Part shown: positions 20,457 to 32,089 of the stretch, piece by piece
Position numbering within the stretch: position 1 is the first letter of the stretch
Layout of the letters: each line of letters opens with the position of its first letter
Assembly: GCA_032718475.1 (NCBI GenBank)
Contig: JAUCBJ010008833.1
Location: 1 to 35,145 of the forward strand
Origin: Nemertoderma westbladi
Taxonomy: Eukaryota; Animalia; Xenacoelomorpha
Length of the DNA: 35,145 nucleotides
Direction: 5' to 3'
The notes under the pieces: generated by a model
The model's database searches: none
What the model saw: the letters and a program-made list of their open reading frames with translations, nothing else
Told to the model about the DNA's origin: nothing
Position numbers and translations under genes: made by a program

Positions 20457-22125
20457 CGTTCGTGGGGCCTTCGCGCAGCACGAGGCCCAGTTATGAGATA
20501 CAAATTAAATTGAGCGACTGTATCACAAAATCAGGTTTTGAAAAATTTACCCACACCACCAATCAATCAAAGAAAGGGGGACAGTACGTGTTCACCCCTT
20601 TTAATCCCCCCCCCCCCCCCCACCCTTCCCAACCACCAATACATAACCGCGACATCTACCACCCACGGAAGGGTAGCACGAACTTATTTTCAATCGCACG
20701 TTCAATATGCAAAGCCAGGTGGTTTATAGGAATATAATAAACGCAGTACTCGTTTTCATTATAAGCCTCGTTGCGTTCGTCCTGTTTTGTATTTAAATAT
20801 ATTTCTTAAACGCAGGCTAGGACGTTCTTTATAATAATAATAACTAGGGATGCGATCAATATGTGAAGCCAGGTGGTTTATATAATAATTTAGTCAACGC
20901 AGTACTCGTCTTCATTATATGCCTCGTTGCGCTCGTCGCTTGTCCTGTTTTGTTATAAAATATTTTTCCTAAACGCAGACTGACGATCTTTATACAGTTA
21001 TAACTATGCGAAGTTTCGAAACTGTGCGAGTAACTGTTGATACATCTATGTGGATATGTGTGATATGTGGAGATGTGTGATACAACGCCAACGCATCTTA
21101 TGCCGATGTAGTAATATGGGTATTGAAATAATATTAAATTAATGTACACTCTTAAAGCTGCAGCGAAAAAATGTAGCTAATTTCCTAGGTTACATATAAA
21201 ATAATAATATTATTTTTAAGAACATTAATTTTATTACTTTGCAAAAATTCAATTAAAAAATAACCAGACATATACATTGTGGAATAAACTATTTCAGAAG
21301 CCTACACAACAGCCATGCCATGGATAGTATTTATGTTATGATATCTGTCATTCACCTGAGATAGCAATACAACATTTATAGTGAATTTAAAGAATGCTGT
21401 CTGGGCTGGAATAGCAATACTGGTTGTCTATTACTATTCCTCTCTGGTTAGTCTTAGCAACAACTCCCAGCCAGCAGCAGAGACTTGACCAATAATCATT
21501 CCCAGCAACTGGGAATGACACACACATCCCATCTAAGAACCAGCATGTTGGCCAATAAATGAGCAGTATTTAATGAGAATAAATTTTTTTTGCCGTTTTA
21601 ATTACTTTAGATCAATTAAAGACACAATTATTAAAGCAAATCACTTGAACTAATTAAAAACTATAATAGAATGGCGTATGGGGATTACATCTGTATAATT
21701 TTTAATTATAATTATTTAAATCTTATACTGTAAAACAATTAATTTCCTTTAAAAGGCAGGTTGAAAATGGTGTTTTTACCGTAATAACTTAATTAACTAA
21801 TTAACTGCTATTATCTTAGCTTCTCGAAGGCCACACTGAAATTCTACTTGGAAAATTTCTAAACTTTTGCCAAACAACATGTGTACCAAGTTTGGATAGA
21901 TTTCATCAAAGATTGGCCGAGTTATTAACGTTTAAAATTGAACGCGACAGAACGACAGGTTGATTAATGGTACCACTACGCTAAGGCTCACTCACTTCGT
22001 GGCTCGCCCCACAGGTTGATTAATGGTACCACTACGCTAAGGCTCACTCACTTCGTGGCTCGCCCCACAGGTTGATTAATGGTACCACTACGCTAAGGCT
22101 CACTCACTTCGTGGCTCGCCCCACA
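20457..22125. mobile_element. HINE-like insertion specific to copy A
   Basis: Copy B has the empty site CTCTACAGTACTG at ~30577. The element starts CGTTCGTGGGGCC with hairpin GGGCCT..AGGCCC and ends with three 56-bp repeats (21955-22125) and GCCCCACA. Confidence 0.8.
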
Positions 22126-23420
22126 GTACTGTACTCAAAAACCGGTCAGCCGGTACATTACTTTTGTATAGCACTCAGATTGGAATTCGCTTTCATTTTA
22201 TTAATACAGAACCTACCTACAGCACTACAGCCTTTGCCTTTCCTCTTGGTTCGCTTTCATTGTAACAAAACGATGCCTAATCGTCTGTACTTATACAGTA
22301 TAATGTACAGTTGTATTATGAAATGGGTATTAAAGTGACCTTTCTCTGCAACTCTCCACTACAACTGCTTAATTGTTATTTGTATACAAACGGATAGCGA
22401 ACTTGTTTTCTTTGTTTATGGTGACGAGATATAGTTATTTATTCATACTTATTTATTTAAGGTATATTACATTATTAAATTACCACGTTATTGACATCAA
22501 TTTAATTTTTTGACCCTTATCATGTCTATTTATCAATTTAATTTAATCTAGGATTAGTTTTGAATGACCTCATAACATCCTCATAACCTAATGTCCTCTA
22601 CATTATTAATTTGACCCTTATCATGTCTATGTAGCATCTAATTATAATTAGTTTTTGAATGACTTCTCAATTTACAAGTTTTTTGGACACCCATGGGCAC
22701 CCAAGTCCCCATGCTGTATTTATATTACACCGTTCGTTGCTATTCTGCTTGTTATACTGTATTTTACTAGTTGTTGTTACTTGGTGCTCTTTAATTTGTT
22801 CCCCTCTCTCAATTCATTTTGTCAATAAAATATTAATAATTGTGAATTTTTTGGACCGGCTCTTTGGACTATCAAGTCATTCAAAAGTTACAGTATTAAG
22901 CCTAGACGAAATGATATTTAGCGCCTCCTAGAGGAGGACCATGTAAATCCACGACGCCAAAATTCTGAAAACTTTCTAAACTTTTGACATACTACTTGTG
23001 TACCACCACGTTTGGTATAATTTCATCAAAGATTCGCTGAGTTACTGTACTAGCATTCAAAGATTAGACGGCCCGACCGACCAACGACAGGCAGACCGAC
23101 AGACAGACGCGAGGTTGAGATTGGTAGGCCTACTGGTATTCTACGCTCGCTCTCTTTCGCGGCTCACCCCACAGTGTTAGTCAATTTAACGGCTGCTTGT
23201 CAGTTCTGTCACAGGCCCTGTGTTACAGGATACAGTAGTGCCTCTCGTTGTTTTAAGTATGACGGGATCTACGGATCCCGGTTTATCCGTTTGGGTTTTC
23301 TATCCACGCGTCCCCGCCGTGTGTGAAAGGTAAAAGAGTTCTGATGTTGGGTAATATGTATAAAGGTATAATAGTCTGACAGTTGATATAATATAGTATG
23401 ACACAATAGGTAATATATAA

Positions 23421-25898
23421 CGTCACCTTCAAGGCAGAACCCCCTAAGTCGATTTTTGTAGTTCTGAGATAATCGATAAAAACTGTTTATTTTTTAGAGA
23501 GATGCCTCAGTTTACTTGTTATTGTGTTTTTTGATAACTAAATATATATAGAATTCATATAATTAAACTTTCAATATGATTTAGAATTACCTTTGAAATA
23601 TATTGCGGTTTTTTTGTAAAAATTCTGACTTATGGTGTTTTGCCAAAACAAAGGGGAACACCGTTTTCTGGTATTATCCCGTAACTATACGATAGTTGCG
23701 GGGTATTGCCTAGAAAACAAGGTATCCTCAATTTGGCAAAACACCATAAGTACGAATTTTTAAAAAAAACACGCAAAATATATCAAATAATAGCCAAGGC
23801 GTATCGTACGTCCTTAATAATTTAGTGCGTTGTGCGCACGTAATACATGTGCGCATTTGTTATTAGCTAAAACGTGCTATCTAACATGTTAACTAGCACA
23901 TGATCAGGTGTTAGTATTACCTGTAAACGCAATAATAACAAATAATCACATACTGTACAATATAGCTAACACACTTGCGCACATGTTGGAAATTTTTGAA
24001 TTCAAAATCAAAGGGCTCCATAAGTTTTTGATATTTTGGTATTAATTGCTTCTAAAATAAGTACGGGACTGTAGTTAGAATCATGTATCAATACAAATTG
24101 AACAAAATGTAGCCAAATGCAGAACTATAAGAACAAAATTTAAATTCAAGAAAGCGGAACTCTAAGTACAAAATATAGCCATGGGTGGTACTCTACAGTA
24201 AGAACAAAGTCTAGCTACAGGGTTGCAGCTACGTTAAAGTACAGTTCACTTACAGTACGTCATGACGAATAATTAAAGACTTGTTTTTTCTACAGTACGT
24301 GGCAACATTTTAAGCAACTCTATCAGCAACTTAGTGAGCATGTCAGGTTGCCGATCAAGTTGCTCTATGTAAACGCGAAGTTTGTTGCTGTAAAAGATGC
24401 CTCATATAACGGAGACTAAAAGTTAATGTTACTCAAATTAAGTTGCTTGTTACTGACCAAGTTATCCAAAACGTCCTGAACCCCATAGCAACTTGGAGAC
24501 AAACATTAAATGAGGGACAGATATTTATCAGCGCCACAAACATTAGTGTGTGACAAACATTAATCAGGGTGACAAACATTAATGTGGGACATAAACATTG
24601 ATGTAGGACACAAACAATAATGTGGGACATAAACATTGATATAGGACCCAAACATTAATGTGGAACACAAACATTAATGAGGGACGCAAACATTAATGAG
24701 GGACACAAACATTAATGAGGGACACAAACATTAATGAGGGACACAAACATTAATGAGGAACACAAATATTAATGAGGGTGACAAACATTAATGAGGGACA
24801 CAAACATTAATGAGGGACACAAACATTAATGAGGGACACAAACATTAATGAGGGACACAACATTAATGAGGGACACAAACATTAATGAGATACACAAACA
24901 TTAATGAGGGACACAAACATTAATGAGGGACACAAACATTAATGAGATACACAAACATTAATGAGGGACACAAACAATAAACGAGGGACAGATATCAATC
25001 AAGGGCACAAACGTTAATCATGGGCACTATCGCCATTCGAACTTAGTATGATTCATGTTACCACTCATACATACATACATACATACAATATATTACAGTA
25101 TTACAATTCTCATTACTGTCAAGCAATAAAATAACAACAATAAATAATAACATATTAATCTGACCAAACCAATAAACTATGTTATTGCCAATTGAAGGAA
25201 AGGATCAGGTTACAGAGATGGTTTTTCTAACCAAAACAATAAACGATGTTGTTACTAAAAAGGGAAGGAGTAGGAGTAAAAAAATGATGAACATGAGGGG
25301 GAGACAGGAATGGGGGGGGGGGGGGGGGGGGTTAACATGAATGGTGGTGGTAGGAGGTAAATTGAAAATATGGGGGTACACCAGCCGGGGGGGGGGGGGG
25401 GGAAGCAGAAAACAGGCAGCTGAACAACGTAACCGAACGTCGCTTTCAATTAATTTCCATCTAATTAGGAAGATGGTTTGTGTCCCTCATTAATGTTTGC
25501 GTCCCTCAATAATGTTTGTGTCCCTAATTAATATTTGTGTCCTGGCCGCAATACAAACCAGTATATAAATGATAAATTACGGGGTTTTGCCAGGCTATTG
25601 TTTCTGATTTAAGGGGTTTTACAGGTTGTTATTTCTGATTTAAGGGGTTTTGCCAGGTGGACTGAATGTCATATACTTGAATTTACGGTGTTTTGCAAGC
25701 CAATTATTGACTTGGGGGGTTCTGCCTCGAAGTGGGCATAAGTTACGGGGAACTGTCTTTGGCTTATAACTCAAAAATGGCTGGTAGAAAAGCTTCGGGG
25801 TTCTGCCAGACGAAAAAGCCGATATCGAATTACCCAAAAAGTCAAAAACATGAAAATCGAAAAAAATCGACTTAGGGGGTTCTGCCTTGAAGGTGACG
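23421..25898. mobile_element. Non-autonomous TIR DNA transposon, 37-bp TIR, 4-bp TSD (Sola-like, tentative)
   Basis: CGTCACCTTCAAGGCAGAACCCCCTAAGTCGATTTTT has its exact reverse complement at the other end, with ATAA on both flanks and no transposase ORF. Confidence 0.85.
24499..25025. repeat. 19-bp minisatellite ACACAAACATTAATGAGGG
   Basis: More than 20 tandem units, with 3-4 inverted units at ~25476-25543. Confidence 0.93.
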
Positions 25899-26648
25899 AT
25901 AATGGCGGTAGCGGACGGTGACAGAAGTCCCCGTTCCACCCTACTGATCTGACTGAGTAAACTGAGTAACTGACCGGTATGATTACTGGTAACTGGTTAT
26001 ATTGCACGGTGGCCTTATTGCTACTCAATCGATGCCATTCTCCCCTCTGATTGGTTGATACCCCTGTTGGCACCCTTTGCCCCCCTCTGAAGTGCTTCCC
26101 TTCGCCCTTGCTGTTCTCTCTCTTGTCAGGGGAGTAACCCCTGACCCTTATTGTGTGTCTCCTTTGGGGCCTATTGTCCCCGTTTAGGATCTGACGCGTC
26201 ATGCAGCGAACAACTAACCAGAGAGAAATCAGCATATTATTTGTCATATTAAAATCCACATTACAATCACTTATTTTAGATGTTGTATTATATTAGTAGG
26301 CCTTCATACTGTTATATAATCTTTATTTCGCAAAAAAGAAAATTCATGTTAAAATTTACAGAGTAGGCCTAATTATTACGTTAATACAGTAGTTACAATT
26401 AATTATTAAAATACGGCAGTTTTGACTTTTTTGAACTTTTTTGAACACGGAAGTTCAATGATATAATATACAGTTTATAAATAATAATTAATACTATAAT
26501 TAGCATTGAAATATAAAATATTAGGATACTTTTTATTTCCCGTTGCTCCACTACTGAGTGAGGGATTTTGTATTGGGAACACTGTACTTTAGTAGGTAGG
26601 CATACTCCAGAGTTTTAGGTCATACCAAACAGTTCGAATATTGTTTCA

Positions 26649-27230
26649 ATGGCTTCGAATAGCCGAAATATTTCTGTTTGGAAAACCTCATTCCAACGTT
26701 ACGTCTGCATAGTTTCGGATCGTCAAGCGAGAATGGAAAGATTTCCGCGGAGTAACTGGAGCAAATTTACCTGTCGGAAGATGTGCGGGGCGTTTAAATG
26801 CCCCGGATGTCGGAGAAAATGGGATTCCGGGAAGTGCATCGCGGAAATACAATATAGATACAACCCGGAGGATAAAAGGGGGGAAATACGGATAGAACGA
26901 GAATTTGGACAAAAGTGCCAACGGTGTCCAGATAATTATATTCCTCCTCAACTTTATCAAATGTCTACAGATTCTGCGATGGAAGAGGTCTTTATTAAGA
27001 TTAAAACTCGTTTCTATGACAGGGATTATTCTCCCCGTCCCGTTGTTGATGCCGACATTGGAAGTCACTTCCAACGGGGTGCGGTAGGTCACGATAGCGC
27101 CAACTGTGAAGGGTGTGAGCTTGGGGTCTGTGAGAGAGGTTTCGCACAGGGTCACACAGAAAGACATGCTGCTAAGTTTAAAAGTGGCAAAACTCAGTTG
27201 AAAATAGTTAATTGGGTGTTTATTGGGTAA
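26649..27230 (+). CDS. zf-3CxxC RTP-like protein, copy B (lacks the predicted exon 1)
   Basis: Translation is identical to 14574-15155, as are the overlapping-frame and antisense translations. Confidence 0.75.
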   Translation: MASNSRNISVWKTSFQRYVCIVSDRQARMERFPRSNWSKFTCRKMCGAFKCPGCRRKWDSGKCIAEIQYRYNPEDKRGEIRIEREFGQKCQRCPDNYIPPQLYQMSTDSAMEEVFIKIKTRFYDRDYSPRPVVDADIGSHFQRGAVGHDSANCEGCELGVCERGFAQGHTERHAAKFKSGKTQLKIVNWVFIG

Positions 27231-27595
27231 TAATTTGTAGAACAAATTTTATCAATATACAGTAGGCCTACAATATATTAATAATTTTGGTTTGGATTTG
27301 AGATATAAAACTGAAGATGACATATGTATTTGTAGGCCTACACGGAATGATGAATTTATTGTTTGTGTTTGTCCGTAGAAAACGAAAATGTTTTTATATT
27401 TTGCAATTAATGTTACTGTATATTCAATCATTGTTTCATTACTAAATCAACATCTGATAGTCGCTAATCTGATTGATGATATTATTAATAATGATAACGT
27501 TTTTCTTAAAGAGGAAATTCAGCCCAATCTAGATTATTCCCTATAAGAAATTGACTGTCATTGTGTCATAAGAAACATTTACAATGTAATGTAAA

Positions 27596-29153
27596 CGATC
27601 GTGGGGCCTTCGCGCAGCACGAGACTCCACAGTACTGTACCGAGTTTGGTTTAATTTAATGTGTGATTGACCGACTTACTTCGGTTTTTATTAATGCCGA
27701 CTACCGGTACCGACTGACACCTTTTCCACTTTTGACCAAACTTCAGATTCTTTCTAAAGTTTTGACTGACTGCATACGTACCTACCAAGGTTGGTTTAAT
27801 TTCAGTAATTATTGTTTGCGTTCAAGAACAGCACTCGCAGCCAAAAAAAACCGATGAAAAAAAGGAATTTATATTTTCAAAAAAAAGGAAGAAAAGGATA
27901 GGATGCAGTTCAAAAAAAGGACAAAAAGGATCGGATACGGTTCAAAAAAAGGGAAAAACTGAATTGATATTATCTTTAAAAAAAGGATAGTAAACATTAT
28001 ATTTCATTAACCTTTGTCTATTAAGAAACGTCACTGTATGTTTCTAATTTTCAACTTTTTTGCCTAGTTATCAGAGATAGTTGAGTTCGGCCGATTGATG
28101 GTTATTGATAGAGGTTATCAAACTCTTGTAAATATAACTTTAGTTTGAAAGTTATATAAAACCTTTGGTACGGATTTCCGGTCGTGGCTACATTTATTTA
28201 AATAACAAAAATTCTTTAAGACGCAATCAAAATTCCACCATATCCAGGGGAAAACGGATGCAAATAACAGCTGATTAGGAGCAAAAATGAAACTGTAACC
28301 GTGCTATAGGCTTTCTATTATTGTTTTGGTTAGAATAGACCGCCACTGCAACCTGTTCCTTTCCCTAAATTGAAAATCAACATTGTTGATTCACCAATGC
28401 GGGTTTTGTGTCAATTATAATATATTCTTCCCACTCAGAAAATAAATATATTAAAGTTACCTTCACTGCTACATTTTTATGGTACCTTAGCTTGTGATTT
28501 TTGTCAAAATAAAAATACTCAAAATAAAAATCTGTATTATTACTGTATTATGCCCATCAATCTCTGTTATAACCTTGTCAATATAATCAGCAAGCTGAAG
28601 TTGAATTTCTGAACCAAAAAAAGATGAAAAAAGGTGTGAAAATGAACAAAAAAATGGAAAAAGGAAACGTTCTAAAAAAAGGAAACGTTCTAAAATAAAG
28701 GAAAAAAAAGGAAACTCTGGGAGGCCTGCAAGAATTAATTAAAAGTACCTACAAAAGAATTATTGCCGCGGTAGGATTCGAACCTACGTGGGAAGATCCC
28801 ATGGTTTTCTAGTCCACCGCCTTAACCACTCGGTCAACACTGCTCAAGGTTAAAATGTGCATACTCTGCCATTCTATGGAGGCTGAACTGTTATTCTGCA
28901 ATTTCGTACATGCTGGCGTTCCCGATAAATTTTATCATTCTCTTAAAACACAATGTCATTACAAAGTTTCTAAACTTTCCATGTACTACTTACTTTCTAA
29001 GTTTGGTTCAATTCCGAGCCAGCGATGCCGAGAAATTCGCGTTCAAACATTTACCAAACAGACAGACGGACAGACAGACGGACGAAAGGACATGCACCAT
29101 TTGTTTTATATGTACCGTATACCACCGACTACGTGTCTCGCCCCAGCCCCACA
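27596..29153. mobile_element. HINE-like element within duplication copy B
   Basis: Paralog of 15536-16812 with ~300 bp extra (~28659-28961). Confidence 0.6.
28764..28843 (-). tRNA. tRNA-Ser(AGA), probably a pseudogene
   Basis: Reverse complement: GCAGTGT TG ACCGAGTGGTTAAGGC G GTGGA CTAGAAA ACCAT GGGATCTTCCC AC GTAGG TTCGAAT CCTAC CGCGGC A. It has A and B boxes and a long variable arm, but mismatches in the acceptor, D and anticodon stems. Confidence 0.8.
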
Positions 29154-32089
29154 GAGTATGTAGGTCTGCTAACTAAACTGTAGGCCTAGCCTACTGCTAC
29201 TTAACATTAGGTCATCAAAAAAAAGTAATTGGAACTGGCGGTTGTTGTGACGATTGTTCACAAGTTGCTGAAGAATTGTATAAAATGTTAATGCGTGCGT
29301 GTAGGTCGGCTTACACATTTAAAACTTTTGTGCAAATAGATAAAAATTGAAAAATTTATGTAATGTGTGCGTGTGGCCTAATAAATTATTATCTCGTATT
29401 TTATTTTTTGCAAGTTTTAACGCCTGAACGGGGGTTAATACTACAAATCCATTGAAATAATGAAACAAAACGGTGGAACAAGCATACCACACCACATATA
29501 CATAATTATACATTAATTGTTACAAATTGCCACAATAGCAGTTATTTACATACTGTGCAAAAACAGGGTGGAGTAGTTTATTAATTAATAATATAAATTA
29601 ATGACCGACCCGGTAAAGCAATTTATCCCTAAAGTGCGAGTGACTTTTTTCACAAAATTGGTAATAATTAATGGATAGTTCTGAAAGAGGACTATTATCG
29701 AAAGCAACCGATAAAGTTATCGAAAAGGTTAAATAAAGTAGGGGTGAAATATATCCATTTAGATAGGGGGCACATTTCGCACTTTCAGGATTCGTAAACA
29801 AGTAGTCATAAACAAAAAAAGATACGAGCTATAATTCAGATAATTGAAGTACAATTTGAAATATTCTTTCGCGAAATATAAATGCACTGTCACAGTAAGG
29901 GCTTACTTATAGTGCGAGTGCAAAGCAGCACTGTCAGTAAGCAGCTCTTAGAAAAACTAACTAATCACTACTTCCTGATTGGTTTTAAACTGGGTACCTA
30001 GCAACGCCATCAGCTGATTTCAAAATGCCTTATACTTTGTAATTATAGGGGCCCTTAAAAATACTATTTTTTGACATATTTCTCGACATAATTTTGGTAT
30101 ATTATTAGAATGTGAATCTTAATAAAGTTGTGTGCTTAATTTGATTTTGTTGGTGCATTAAAATATAAAATATTATTATACAGTAGTTTTATACAGTAGT
30201 TAGACAGTCCCCACTACATTACTTTTGCTTTAATCTTAGTATAGACAGTCACTAAATTTCCTCCCGCATAATTACCACCCCGCCCCCATAATTGTACTTT
30301 GTTTTATACCGTAGTTAGAATACCTAGTACTGCCCTGCCAGTTACGGTGGGGTCTTTACTGCTTTTCGGTGTTTAAATATTTTAATTTTAGACGTTGAAT
30401 AAAGGCCTGTTGGCCGCAATATACGTCATATATATTTATTATTCTTGGTCACCTTTGGTCTTAATTTAAGCTTCAAATATAAATTAAAAATACTAGAGTA
30501 CCTATGAGCCCTTAAAACAACTATAAACACTATTATTCATGATTGCATTTAAAGGAGTTATCAGGATGCAGTAAACTCTACAGTACTGTACTCAAAAACC
30601 GGTCAGCCGGTACATTACTTTTGTATAACACTCAGATTGGAATTCGCTTTCATTTTATTAATACAGAACCTACAGTACCTACAGCACTACAGCAACCCTT
30701 TCCACTTGGTTCGCTTTCATTGTAATAAAACGATGCCTAATCGTCTGTACTTATACAGAGTATAATGTACAGTTGTATTGTGAAATGGGTATTAAAGTGA
30801 CCTTTCTCTGCAACTCTCCACTACAACTGCTTAATTGTTGTTTGTATACAAACGGATAGCGAACTTGTTTTCTTTGTTTATGGTGATGATATATAGTTAT
30901 TTATTCATACTTATTTATTTAAGGTATATTACATTATTAAATTACCACGTTATTGACATCAATTTAATTTTTTGACCCTTATCATGTCTATTTATCAATT
31001 TAATTTTTTGACCCTTATCATGTCTATTTATCAATTTAATTTAATCTAGGATTAGTTTTGAATGGCCTCATAACCTAATGTCCTCTACATTATTAATTTG
31101 ACCCTTATCATGTCTATGTAGCATCTATTTAATTTATTAATTTAATTAGTTTTTGAATGACTTCTCAATTTACAAGTTTTTTGGACACCCATGGGCACCC
31201 AAGTCCCCATGCTGTATTTATATTACACCGTTCGTTGCTATTCTGCTTGTTATACTGTATTTTACTAGTTGTTGTTACTTGGTGCTCTTTAATTTGTTCC
31301 CCTCTCTCAATTCATTTTGTCAATAAAATATTAATAATTGTGAATTTTTTGGACCGGCTCTTTGGACTATCAAGTCATTCAAAAGTTACAGTATTAAGCC
31401 TAGACGAAATGATATTTAGCGCCTCCTAGAGGAGGACCATGTAAATGCACTACGCCAAAATTCTGAAAACTTTCTAAACTTTTGACATACTACTTGTGTA
31501 CCACCACGTTTGGTATAATTTCATCAAAGATTCGCTGAGTTACCGTACTAGCATTCAAAGATTAGACGGCCCGACCGACCAACGACAGGCAGACCGACAG
31601 ACAGACGCGAGGTTGAGATTGGTAGGCCTGTACTGGTATTCTACGCTCGCTCTCTTTCGTGGCTCACCCCCACAGTGTTAGTCAATTTAACGGCTGCTTG
31701 TCAGTTCTGTCACAGGCCCTGTGTTACCGGATAGTGCCACTCGTTGTTTTAAGGGCAACTGCTATTTAATCCAGCTGTTGGTGGTTGGCGTTGCTAGGTA
31801 CCCTGTTTAAAACAAATCAGTGATATAATGATATAGTGATACAAATATAGTGACTCCAGTATCTCATTAAATAAATAAAATGCCTCAGAATAGTATTTAT
31901 TACAGTACAAAGTTAACTGATTGAAGAGTAATAATCCCCATTTACCTAGGTAAATAATGCAAATCTTAATTACCTCTAGCCCATTGACTGCGCGGTAAAT
32001 AATGTAAAATTTAACTATAAACATAAAATACTAAAAGTGCGTGTTGCATTAAGGCATATAATTCAATAAGTAATAGTACAAGCTAATGT

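Larger units (their letters stand above)
14112..23257 (+). repeat. Segmental direct duplication, copy A
   Basis: Aligns with 26187-31753 from GGATCTGACGCGTCAT to CGTTGTTTTAAG. Copy A has two extra insertions and lacks ~300 bp. Confidence 0.95.
26187..31753 (+). repeat. Segmental direct duplication, copy B (~5.6 kb)
   Basis: Aligns with copy A, with an offset of 12075 at the left end. Confidence 0.95.

Noticed and set aside
21152-21572. Possible TTAA-flanked Kolobok-type MITE nested in the HINE-like insertion
   Set aside because: The terminal inverted match (TTAAAGCTGC vs TTAAATACTGC) is too weak to support.
25640-26259. Minus-strand ORFs of 99 and 162 aa
   Set aside because: They cross TE and duplication junctions and show no recognisable domains.
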